Origin: Pelagomonas calceolata
Taxonomy: Eukaryota
Reading direction: 5' to 3'
DNA: 64,000 nucleotides
Assembly (NCBI GenBank): GCA_918797485.1
Contig: CAKKNE010000003.1
Location: 1,612,001-1,676,000 of the forward strand
Shown piece after piece: positions 52,958-63,800 of this stretch. The notes below the pieces were generated by a model, which saw nothing but the letters and a program-made list of their open reading frames with translations, was not told where the DNA came from and did not search any database. Position numbers and translations under genes: made by a program. Each line of letters opens with the position of its first letter. Position 1 is the stretch's first letter.

Positions 52958-55870
52958 TTAGAAGTAGCTCAACCCGTCCCCATCACCTTGTTCGGCCATG
53001 TCCAGGAGGCTGTCCAGCAGAGCGTCCGGGTTCGGGGCCGCCGGCGGTTCAGGAGAGACGACCGTGTCGATCTGGTCTCTCAATAGACGCTGCCACGGGT
53101 GTAGCAGATCCGCATAAGTCCGGGGCTTGCGCTTCGGGCGGCGGCGCCGCGGTTTTCGGGGAGAAGCCCCACCGAAGACCGACCTCAAAGAATCCACTCC
53201 CCGCTCGGGCTGGACCGTGCCGAAGACGGACGCGAGCGAGTCCTGGGGCTCGAAGTGCGACGCGCCGCCGTCGAGCGCGTTCAGCAGGCTCGAACCGAGC
53301 TTCGCCGTCGGCGTCGGCGGCGGCCGCGGCTTCGGTGGCGACGGCGCGGGTCTCGAGTGGGCGGCGGCCCACGTCGCCTGGGCGGCCTCCTCCCTTAGAA
53401 CGGCCGCCTTTTGTTTTATGGACGCCACGAACGTTGAATCGCGTGGCTGTCTGGACGCAACGCTTGGAAGGTTGTCGTCGAAGGCCGTCGGGTTCTTGGC
53501 GGGCTTCGTCGTTGTATATGTGGGCTCCTGGACCTTTTCTCGCCGGTTCCGCGGCTCCGCGAGAGCCTTGAGCACGTTGCGCCTTCGCCGGCGGCGCTCC
53601 GCAGCTTTTAAACCTTTGCGGTCCCCACTCACGTCATTCTCGTCCTGCTCCCTTAGTAATAACAGCCCTGCCTCCTTCTGGGCCTTGCGCTCATTTGATG
53701 AAGCCAGATACCGCGCCCGCCGCGCGGACAAGTCCGCGTGCACCTCGGCGCAGTTTTGGCAGACGGCGCACTTGTCCCACCTTCTCACGCGCTCTTCGCC
53801 GATCTTCTGGGCGCGCCGTTCATCTAAGACGCGTAACGCACCGATCGCGCTCTGCACGTCATGAGCATCGGCCCGGAGATCGACGGCAGGCAGCCGCCCG
53901 TGATTCAATAAAGCATGAGTCTTCTGCACACTGAAAGGTTGGGAGGAGCATAGAATGGCCGCGTCCGACTCCTCCCCAAAATCATCTTCAAAAACGATGC
54001 GCAGGTGCAGGCGCCACCACCCGTTCGTCGACGTGCCATTCAGGTCCGGCGGCACGACCCAATCTATGGATTGTTGACTGCCCGGGATCCTTTTGATGAC
54101 CTCCCGCGTCGTCACGAGGAACTCGTCCTCGACCGTGCTTGCCGTGGGCACGAATTCGACGTCGATCCTCAAATTTTGTGGCGGCGGCCCGCGGCAGACC
54201 CATCTTATTTCGAGGGTCTGGCCGGGGCAGGCCTGCGTGTCCTGCGTCGGGTGCGCGAGGAAGATCGAGGGCCGCGACCACTGGAGATCGAGGAGAGGTC
54301 GCGGCTGGTCGCACCTCGTGGAGGTGGTCTTGAGGCACCACCTCACGAGTTCGTCGGGCCAAAAATCTAAAGCTTCGCCCGTGCAGGCCTCTCTCTTGCT
54401 TTCTTCGACGGCGGACCGCATGGCTCGGTGCAAACGTTCGCTCTGTTGAGCGGGCGCGCCGTCCGTTCCATCAGTTTCGTCGATGCGCGCCAATCCACAA
54501 AAACCCCCGGGGCAGGGCCCGATGGCCGCGCCGTGGGCCCTCCCTGATGAATCACCGAGGACGCTCCCCGCGTCCGAGCCGCCCCGATGCAAGGGCTGCA
54601 GGAACTCGACCTCCAACGCCCGTTCGAAGGTCATGGCCGGCGCGTCCGGCACGCCGTTGTCGACGACGCGCGTCGCCTTTTTTTCATCTAAGGCCCAGAC
54701 CGACGTTAATGATCGCACGCGAGTACCCGTGCCCGCCTCGATGCCCCTCACTAATGAACGAACAACACCATCCAGCGCCTCCTTCAGATGCAACGACTTC
54801 AGGGGCGCCCAGGTCGACGCCTTGGACGACGAGCCGTACTGCCTGAGGCCATTCTGCTCCACATGCACTTTCGTGAGAGGAGTGTCGTGCCTAAACGCAT
54901 GCTTGAGGCGCGTCCCCGGCACGTTGCAGACCACCGCTTTACCAGAGATGGCGCCCCACTTCTTCGGGTCCGCGCTCAGGGGGAGGACGTCGTCGTCCCG
55001 GACAATCAGAGCCACGTCATTCCCAGGAGCGACCTTGGCGCACCGGTTTCGAAACGCCTCGACGGACACGTTCCGCTGGGCCTTCCTTAGGAGCTTGCCC
55101 GTTACATTATCGGAAAAGATCCACTTCGTGGGAGTACCCTCACTATACAACACCGCGTCGGCGACGCAGAAGCCGTCGAACGCGGGTAACGTGCCGCCCT
55201 TCTCCTGGGCCTCTTGGTTATTGCGTCGCTCTCTAGCCTTCCACAGGGCCTTCCAGACGGCGCAGGCCGCGTCGCCGCCGCGGTGGTTTGCCGAGATTGA
55301 CGAAGCGTTGTCGTCGTCAGGCTGCGTCGTAGAGCGACCATCGAGAGCCGCCTCCATCATCGCGATTCGGTGATCATAGGAACTCTTCTTCGTCGAAGCT
55401 TTATGCGTCATACTGCGGTTGCGCGGCAGCGCCAGCGACGCCTCGTCCCGGAAGACCGTACCGGGCCTAGCCGCACCACAAAAGGGCCCCGCGTGGATCG
55501 TGTCCCGCTTCTGATCTTCTAAATTGCGCCGCTTCCCTCTCCCTTCACTTCGGAAGCGCCGCGACGAGAAGGTCTGCGGGATACCGTTTGCTGGCGTCCT
55601 TGGAGGCTCGTACGAGATAGGTGTGCCCGGCGGGAAGGGCAATGACGGAGCATCATCAAAATGCATGCGCAGCGACGGCGCCGGCGCGACGTAGCGCCGC
55701 GCGAGTTCGCTCGTCTCGCGGACGCGCATGCGCGACTTGAACGTCGAGGCCTCGTGGCCGCCCGGCGCCTGCTGTTGGGGAGGCGGCGCGTCGAAGGAGA
55801 CGCGTCTCCTTAGTCTATGCTGGGCGAGGTCGCCCGGCGACGCGAAGGCGATGTCCGGGGGCCGGCTCAT
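52958..55870 (-). CDS. Large hypothetical protein
   Basis: ~970-aa uninterrupted ORF with CPGGFC and VCQNC motifs. Confidence 0.7.
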   Translation of the reverse strand: MSRPPDIAFASPGDLAQHRLRRRVSFDAPPPQQQAPGGHEASTFKSRMRVRETSELARRYVAPAPSLRMHFDDAPSLPFPPGTPISYEPPRTPANGIPQTFSSRRFRSEGRGKRRNLEDQKRDTIHAGPFCGAARPGTVFRDEASLALPRNRSMTHKASTKKSSYDHRIAMMEAALDGRSTTQPDDDNASSISANHRGGDAACAVWKALWKARERRNNQEAQEKGGTLPAFDGFCVADAVLYSEGTPTKWIFSDNVTGKLLRKAQRNVSVEAFRNRCAKVAPGNDVALIVRDDDVLPLSADPKKWGAISGKAVVCNVPGTRLKHAFRHDTPLTKVHVEQNGLRQYGSSSKASTWAPLKSLHLKEALDGVVRSLVRGIEAGTGTRVRSLTSVWALDEKKATRVVDNGVPDAPAMTFERALEVEFLQPLHRGGSDAGSVLGDSSGRAHGAAIGPCPGGFCGLARIDETDGTDGAPAQQSERLHRAMRSAVEESKREACTGEALDFWPDELVRWCLKTTSTRCDQPRPLLDLQWSRPSIFLAHPTQDTQACPGQTLEIRWVCRGPPPQNLRIDVEFVPTASTVEDEFLVTTREVIKRIPGSQQSIDWVVPPDLNGTSTNGWWRLHLRIVFEDDFGEESDAAILCSSQPFSVQKTHALLNHGRLPAVDLRADAHDVQSAIGALRVLDERRAQKIGEERVRRWDKCAVCQNCAEVHADLSARRARYLASSNERKAQKEAGLLLLREQDENDVSGDRKGLKAAERRRRRRNVLKALAEPRNRREKVQEPTYTTTKPAKNPTAFDDNLPSVASRQPRDSTFVASIKQKAAVLREEAAQATWAAAHSRPAPSPPKPRPPPTPTAKLGSSLLNALDGGASHFEPQDSLASVFGTVQPERGVDSLRSVFGGASPRKPRRRRPKRKPRTYADLLHPWQRLLRDQIDTVVSPEPPAAPNPDALLDSLLDMAEQGDGDGLSYF

Positions 55871-56274
55871 GGTCTGGCAGCAGTGGGCAGCGTGGGGCTC
55901 CGACTGATGTCCGCGGGGCTGCTCGGGGCGCTCGAGTGATGCGCGACGAGCGCTTCGCGCCCACGTGCCTTGACGCGACGCGCGGCACGGCGTCCCTGGG
56001 CCTTCGGCAGCACTTGGCAATCAGTTGGCTTGTCACACAACTAGCGCCTTTACGCTACCAACGCGGAGTATCAGGGCCTTCTGGAGGGCTCTGCGAACGC
56101 TACCGGGAGACGATCACGTTTGGAGACCACTACTTTTGGCTAGGGAGAAGAACTCATTACGCGCCGGCCTCAGAGTGGGCACCTGGGACCTCTACGCGTT
56201 CTTGACGGCCGCCCCGCGCGGCAGGCGGGCAAGAGGCTGCTACGAGACTGGGGACTAGTATCATGAAACACAAG

Positions 56275-59196
56275 TTACACAACAGTCCGCAGCCGCGCCG
56301 ACCGCCGCGCCCGCGGAGCCGCGGACGACACGAACGACGCCAGCGAGTCGTTGGAGTCGAAGCTGCCGCGGGGAGGCTTCTTCTGCGGCGACGCCGCCGT
56401 CTCCCGCAAGATCGCGTCGAGGCCCGGGTCGACGAGTGGCGTTCTGTCACGCGACCGGCGCTTGCGCGGCGGCTTCCGCCGGCGCGGCGCCGGCGACGCC
56501 GCGGCGGCGCCGCGCATGAGCGCCAGGAACGAGGCGTCCTCGTCGTAGGAGACCGTCAGGCCCTTGGCGTGAATGTTGCGGTGGAACACCATCCCCTTCG
56601 ACGCCCGGCCCCTTGGACGCGCAGGCGCCTCCGCGACTACGGGCGTCTTTGGGGCGACTGGTGCCGGCGCGGGTGCCTCGTATGTCTTCTGCGCGTCGGC
56701 GACGGCGAGCATATTTGCTTCGCCAAGGTCGGCCCGCGCCTTGGATGGCGACACTACGGCGTCGTACATGCGGTCGAGTTGCGCTCCGACCTCCCCTTCA
56801 GAATGATGGGGCGTCGGCATCGGCCGGAGCCGCGGCAGCTGTTGAGTTTTGAGGGGCGAGGCCTGCGCCGCCTCGCGGTAGACGCAGAGGTCTCCCTCGG
56901 CGCGCTCCGTGTACGTTTTTGGCCTCAACGAAGCCATGAGCTCCAGCTCCTTCACGTGGGGGTCGGGCGGCGTCGGCGGCGGCGTGGGCTGCTTCGGTGG
57001 TGGTGTTTTCGGGCGCCGCGGCGGCGGCTGTTTCGCGAGGACAACCACGGTCTCCTTGACGACCTTGGCGGGCGACTCCGGCGGCGTATATAAGCCCGCG
57101 ATCGGCGACCACTCGCGCGGCGGCGGCGGGCTTTTGATGGGAGACTCGACGACCTTCTTCTTCTTCTTGTGCGAGGCGAGCCAGAGCGGCGCCCTCGTTA
57201 TGGTCTTCTTTTTCACTGGAGCCGGCACGACGCTCTTCTTCTGTGGTGCCGCCACCGGCTTAGCCTTCTTCTTCTTTAACAAAGGCTCTCGATAGAAGCG
57301 CCAGCGCCAGACCCTCACATCATCGTCGTCGACCACGGACACGGCCTCCAGCAGGTTCCAGAGCGTCGTCGCGACGGCAACATTTCTACAAACGGGCCCG
57401 ACGCGCCGCCCCGCCTCCCGCGCGTCCCTGGCGGCCTTCTTCACTTCAATGGAAGTCCGCGTGTCGGCCCACGCGTCCGCTAGTTGCAATAAACTGAGCT
57501 CGAAGCGCCTCAAATCAACGACGCCCATCGCGCGGTGCTTTCTAGCAGCATCGTCGACCCTGCGATCCTGGTCCCAGTCCCGCTCCGCAATTTCCCTAGC
57601 TTGCTTCTCGTCGAAGCCGTCGGGGGTCCCCCGCCTGTGTGGAAATCAACCAGTGCGTCGGGTGCACCCGACAATTCTTCACTAAGTCGTTTCTCGGCGA
57701 CGACGCGGCCGTCCTAGCTCGGTCGAGCGGTGAGGAATTCACACCGCCACGCCGTCGAGCAGGCGTCGCGTCGATGGCGTGGAGGACGACGCGATGATTC
57801 AGCACGAACGCGCCGTAAATTTTGATTTCCACACAGTCCCCCGCAGATCCTCGGCCTCGGCGTTCCTCACGCATAGGGCCTTCTGTAAATTGAGCGAAAG
57901 TTCAATGTACTCCTCGTACTCGAGGGTTCCCGTCTTGTCTTGGTCCGCGAGGCGCCAGAACTGCTCCACGATGCGTCGCACGTCCACATCCAGCAAACAC
58001 GCGTCGACTTCTAAGAGCTGGCCGTCCGTCGCACTGTTGAAATCGACATTTATACTCTGAGACGCGTACGAATCAAAGGCCCTTTCGTGCTTCGCCTGGG
58101 CCCGGCCCATGCCGTACACGCCGTAGCCTCTTCTTTTACTAAGGTCGGCGGAGGGCGTCTTGCAGCGGCGCTTCCTTTCATTTCGCGCTTTCACCAGCGG
58201 ATCCTCCGCCTCGTGGAACCACTCGACGAAGGCTTCGATCGTAATCTCTCCCCGTTCACCTCTTTCGTAAACCAGCTGCTCGGCGTCCTGTAATCTACAA
58301 TTCGTGTTCAACCGCCGGGCCATGTCGTGGAGTTCGTTCGCATCTAACGACAGCGATTTGTCGTCGTCCACGAGCGCGAACATATCTCCTATACCCATAT
58401 TTCTTAGTTTCATCTCCTCCGTGAGGCGTGTGCGCAACGCGTCGAGGCGCGACGCTCCAGAAAAGTGCTCTCGGAGTTCAGTCACGGTGTCTACTAACTC
58501 AGGTTGGCGTCGCGTCGGCCACCTACTTAGATGTTGTCGCCGTTTCTCGGCCATCACGGCGGCGCGTTGCTTCTGCGTCGCTTCGCTCAGGGCGGGCTTC
58601 GGCGCCAGGACGTACTCTAGAGCGGTTGAAGAAGACCGGACGTAGGAGCTCCGCGGCCGCGGTCGGTCGCCGTCGTCGTCAGACAATGGACTTTGTAGGA
58701 ACTCCTCGGGCTCGCGGAACTTTTTGGGAGAGAAGAACTCCTCGTCGGAGTCGTACTGGATGGGCGTCGCGGGAGGCGTCTGGTACTCGAGCGACCGGCG
58801 CCGCCGTTCGGCGCCATTCGACGGCTCGTCGGGCGCCGACGCGTAGCCGCAGGCGTGGCGTTCCTTCTTTATGAGTGTGGCGGGCGGCCGCGGCCGCGGC
58901 TTGCGCCGGCGCACGCCCTTTGTGGTGGTTCGGCACGTGAGGTCGGCCGCCTGCCAGAGCGCGGCCTCCTTCTTGGGCGACGCGCCGCCTGTCGTCGCTT
59001 CGCTGCCTCCGGAGGCGCCGTTCTTCGGCGCGTCGAGGGACCGCTTGGCGGCCGCGACGGCGAGCGCGCTCGGCTGCTCGGGCCGCTTGGCTGCGGCCGG
59101 CTCCTCTGGGGAATTCAGCGCCAGCAGGCTGCGGCGGGAGTAGTGGACATTAGCCACGTCGCTCTCCAGCGGCGGTAGGTCGTCGTCGCTGTCCAT
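56275..59196 (-). CDS. EF-hand protein with Pro-rich tail; GC-AG introner intron 57635-57844
   Basis: DDDKSLSLDANE and DQDKTGTLEYEE loops; intron removal joins ORFs 57799-59244 and 56275-57528 in frame (EDLRGTPDGFDEKQ...). Confidence 0.8.
57635..57836. mobile_element. Introner element (202 bp) with perfect 15-bp TIR and 8-bp TSD TCCCCCGC
   Basis: CTGTGTGGAAATCAA/TTGATTTCCACACAG; TSD at 57627-57634 and 57837-57844. Confidence 0.95.
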
Positions 59197-59549
59197 CGTT
59201 GCGCTGGGGGCAGCCTTTTGCGGCTGTTGTCCAGCGCTTCGCACAACGGGTTAGATTGGCGTCGAGCGCGCGCCGGTCGGAGCCGTCGATCGAGGCGGTG
59301 CCACTCGTGTTCATGCGCAGCGCTGCTCTGACGATTGCTAGCGACCGAGAGGCACTAGCAACAGCGCAAGGCCTGAAGCTAAGGCTGAGTTGCATGCTGT
59401 GTTGTCAGTCTGTGCTTGCCTGCATGCACATCAGATAGCCGCGTCGTGGTGCGCTCTAATACTTGCAATTGCTAGCCACTTGTTCCTGCGTTCGCATTGT
59501 TCGTAACTTGCACAGCTCTGCTGCAGTCACACTGCAACAGCGGCGCGTG

Positions 59550-60812
59550 ATGCGACTAGTGCTCGGCTGCGTCGCGCTCGCCGCGGCGCTGGCGCCCACG
59601 CGACCAAACTGTCGACGGCGGCGACCCGTCATGGCGACCGACGACGACACAGCAATAGAAGACAACGCGCCGATGACCGAAGCCGAGGCCATCAAGCACT
59701 TCGCGACGATGCAGCAGGCCGCCGACGACCGGGCCTTCTTCACGGACGGCGAGCTCGCCAGCGTCACGACGGCGCTGGAACGACTCGGCTTGGACCACGA
59801 CCGGTCCGCGGGCCTCAAGGAGGTCCTAGGAAGAAGCGCCCACCTCGACTACAAGCGATGGCACATGACGCGCGCCACAGCCACATCTTTAGCGAACGAG
59901 CTCCCTCCCGTAAGTGATATCGAGTTCGCCAACGCGTTCAAGCGGGTGCTGGAGGGCGGCAACTGGGCCCCGGCCTCCATCTACGCCGCCGCGAAGCAGT
60001 CGAAGAACGACCGCGACCGGCCCTGGGTCGTTTTAGTGACGGGTCTGAACGGTGTGCGAAAAACGACCGCGATTTACGAGCCCTGGTTCGAAGCAGCTCT
60101 GGCCGAGGCCATCGTGGGGCCGGATGGTTCTAGAGGAGCGCCGAAGCGCGTCCAGCTGCCCACCGGTTCGAACTCGTTCTTCCGACAGCTCGACTTTGTC
60201 GTGGCGACCGTGGCGCTCACGCAATTTGAGAAGCTCTACGCCATCAAGGATGTCAGTGAGTACGCCAAGGCCAAGGCGGCCATCTTCGCGAGATATCGGA
60301 CGACGTCGGAGATGGTCGGCGCGTTACTGGTCGAAGAAGCATCTAGAATAAACGCGAACGTGTTGGTCGAGACGTCGGGCCGGGATGTAGGGATGTTTTC
60401 GTACATCGATCATTTCTTTGACGACGATTCCTACCGCAAGCTGGCTTTAAACTTCGAGATCGATGATATAGCGTTCGCGGAGGCGTCGGTCGACCGGCGC
60501 ATGGCGGGCGAGATGGAAAGGGGACGGGAAGCGGTGGAATCGGGCGACGCCGGGCGCGTCGTGGACGCGAACCAGGGCGGGCCCTATGGCTCTGCGGTGC
60601 TCGCGGGCGTCCAGGCCGCGTCTAGGGAGACGTGGCGGCGTATTTTGGACGACGAGGCCGACGGCGTCGGCGCGTCGTGGTACAAGGCCGCCTTCCGCAT
60701 CACGCCGCGCGCCGACGAGCCCTGGACGCTCGCCGCCGACTGCGATGACGCGACGGCCTTCGAGTTCACGCCGCTGCGGCGGCGCGCGGACCCCGAGGGG
60801 CGGAATTTCTAA
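59550..60812 (+). CDS. Zeta-toxin-like P-loop kinase-fold protein with N-terminal signal/transit peptide
   Basis: VVLVTGLNGVRKTT, NVLVETSGRD, SVDRRM; MRLVLGCVALAAALAP presequence. Confidence 0.65.
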   Translation: MRLVLGCVALAAALAPTRPNCRRRRPVMATDDDTAIEDNAPMTEAEAIKHFATMQQAADDRAFFTDGELASVTTALERLGLDHDRSAGLKEVLGRSAHLDYKRWHMTRATATSLANELPPVSDIEFANAFKRVLEGGNWAPASIYAAAKQSKNDRDRPWVVLVTGLNGVRKTTAIYEPWFEAALAEAIVGPDGSRGAPKRVQLPTGSNSFFRQLDFVVATVALTQFEKLYAIKDVSEYAKAKAAIFARYRTTSEMVGALLVEEASRINANVLVETSGRDVGMFSYIDHFFDDDSYRKLALNFEIDDIAFAEASVDRRMAGEMERGREAVESGDAGRVVDANQGGPYGSAVLAGVQAASRETWRRILDDEADGVGASWYKAAFRITPRADEPWTLAADCDDATAFEFTPLRRRADPEGRNF

Positions 60813-60840
60813 AGTAGGTATGTAGTTAGTCCTAGGTAGC

Positions 60841-63800
60841 TCAGGATTTCGGCACCTCCCACACCTTGAGCGTCTGGTCGCGCGACGCAGACACGACGCA
60901 CCGCCCGTCCGGAGAGATAGCAACGCCCTGGACCTACGACGAAGCCAGATCATCACAAAAGTACCAAAAAAAGCGGACGCCGCGCGACGCACGGTACGCG
61001 AGTGCCCGTTCAGCGTCGCCACGCATTCGCCGGTCGCCACGTCCCACACCTTGAGCGTGTTGTCCCACGAGCCAGACACGACGCGCCGCCCGTCCGGAAA
61101 CACGGCAACGCACTCGACCTACGACGAAGCCAGATCATCATAAAAGTGCAGTGGACGCCGCGCGACGCACGGTACGCGAGTGCCCTTTCAGCGTCGCCAC
61201 GCATTTGCCGGTCGCCACGTCCCACACCTTGAGCGTGTTGTCCTGCGACGCGGACACGACGCGCCGCCCGTCCGGAAACACCGCGACGCAATTGACCTAC
61301 GACGAAGCCAGATCATCACAAAAGTACAGTGGACGCCGCAACGCACGCCGTCCGAGTGCCCTTTCAGCGTCGCCACGCACTCGCCGGTCGCCACGTCCCA
61401 CACCTTGACCACTCCTGGTTTCTCCCATTCCCCATCACAAGACACGACGCTCCGCCCGTCCGGAAACACGGCAACGCCATAGACCTACGACGAAGCCAGA
61501 TCATCACAAAAGCACAGTGGACGCCGCAACGCACGCCCTTCGAGTGCCCTTTCAGCGTCGCCAGGCACACGCCGGTCGCCACGTCCCACACCTTGAGCGT
61601 CCTGTCCAACGACGCAGACACGACGCGCCGCCCGTCCGGAAACACGGCAACGCTCTCGACCTACGATGAAGACACATCAGCACAAAAGTACAGTGGACGC
61701 CGCGCAACGCACCCAATTCGAGTGTCCTTCCAGCGTCGCCACGCATTCGCCGGTCGCCACGTCCCAGACCTTGAGCGTCTTGTCACCCGACCTAGATACG
61801 ACGCGCCGCCCGTCCGGAAACACCGCAACGCTCGTGACCTACGACGAAGCCAGATCATTACAAACGTACAGCGGACGCCGCAACGCACCCAATTCGAGTG
61901 CCCTTCCAGCGTCGCCACGCATTTGCCCGTCTCGATGCCCCACACCTTGAGCGTGTTGTCCCACGAGCCAGACACGACGCGCCGCCCGTCCGGAAACACG
62001 GCAACGCTCGTGACCTACGACGAAGCCAGATCATCACAAAAGTACAGTGGACACCGCGCGCCGCACGGATTTCGAGTGCCCTTCCAGCGTCCGTAGCACG
62101 GCGAGCTTGGACAGGTCCACGCCTTCGAAGAACGGCATGAACCGCAGTTTGCCGCGCGACGCCGTCGCGACCGCGCTCGCGTCCCAGATCGACTGCGTGA
62201 CCTTGATTGGCTCGGCTCGGCGGCGCCGTCGCATCTGGTAGTCCTTGTGCGTGCCGCAGACGCCACACTCTTGAGTCTGCGCGCCGTTAGGTCGCTTGCA
62301 GACGGAGCACGTCCAATTCGAGGGCGACCACTGCTTTACAGTCTCGGATAGATACGCGCTATGCCCCTCGTCGCTCTTTTTCGTCGCCTCCGGTGCATTC
62401 AATTTGGCCGCAGTGGTCGCTGCAACCACGACGTCATCGGCAGCCGCCTCCGCCCGATTCTCGCGCTCCGCGGCCTCATCAAATTCTTCATCAGCGTCGA
62501 GCTCTACGTGCCCTAGGAACTCGAGCCAGCCGCCCGGTACCGCTTCATTCACAACAGCAACCGCGAGCTGCGCGCGAGTCATCGCGCGATACAAACGCGA
62601 CCGCGTCTCGAGCACGCCCGCGCCGCGATCGATGACTTGGTCCAGCCCCACACAAATAACGACGAGCCGTTCCAAACCGTCCATGTTGTCGACCGTATCG
62701 ACGACGAGCCACTGCTTCGAGCTGTCGCGCGCTTCGGTTTCGACGCGCGGCCAGACCGCGCTCGCCATCGCCGCGTCGACGAGCTCGAAGCGCGCGAAGG
62801 TCAGCGTGATGTCACTGCGCAGCGTCCAATTTTTATTTAGGTAGAAGCTCCAGCCCTTGTGCGACGCATAGGCTTTGCAGGACTTGTCGCCATGCGCCTT
62901 GCCGACGCACCATGAACCCGATGAACGCTCGTAGAGGTAGAGCCCGTTCGCGGCGCAATAATACGCGGCGCCACCGATCCCACCCGTTTCGCGGTCGAGG
63001 ACATAGGTGCCGCAAGCGGCTGGAGGCTGGTCGGAAGTCGACGCGAGGGTGGCGCTCATCGGGGCGAAGGAGTCGAGAGCGCGGTCTAGCGGTCCGCGGA
63101 GCCGCTCGACAAACGCGTCGTCGGGTCCCACGACGGCGACACGGTCATCCAGATCGTCAAGGTCCGCGAGCTGGCGCCGTATGGCCGCAATTGCTTCGAC
63201 GACCTCACGCGCATAGATATCATCCGTATCATCCTCTACTGGAAAGATCCGTGCCACGAGCGGCGGCCCCGGCGATGCCGTGTACGTCGACATCTCGGCT
63301 TTTCGGCCGGCATCGAGCTGGAACGCGGCGGCGCCAGCGACGATGCGCTTCGTCGACCGTACCACCTCGGAGAGCGTCGCGACCGCAACAGCCTGATCCC
63401 GAGGCAAGTTTACTAGCGAGCGCGCAAGCTTCTCCGCGTCAGGCGTTGCCTCCGTCGCCTGCGAAGCGTCGCTGAGGAACACGAGGGTCGCCTCCGCTGC
63501 GTTCACTCCAGCGAGCTGCTCGCGCAGCTGCAAGTCTTCCGTGAGATGATGCGCCTCGTCCACCACGACGAGCGCATACTCGCATTTTTGCGCGGCGCCA
63601 AGCGAGAGTCGCCGCCGCGCACCCGCCGCTTCGACGCGCACGCGCCGCGGCCCGTTTTCGAACGGCGCCACCAGCACGTGAACGCGGTCGACGATCCGAT
63701 CGACCGACTCTTGCGATGCGTAGACGAGCCACTTGCAGACGAAGAACGCCAATGCGGTATTCCGCGCGACGAACAGAAGCATCGCCCTGGGATCAGAGCT

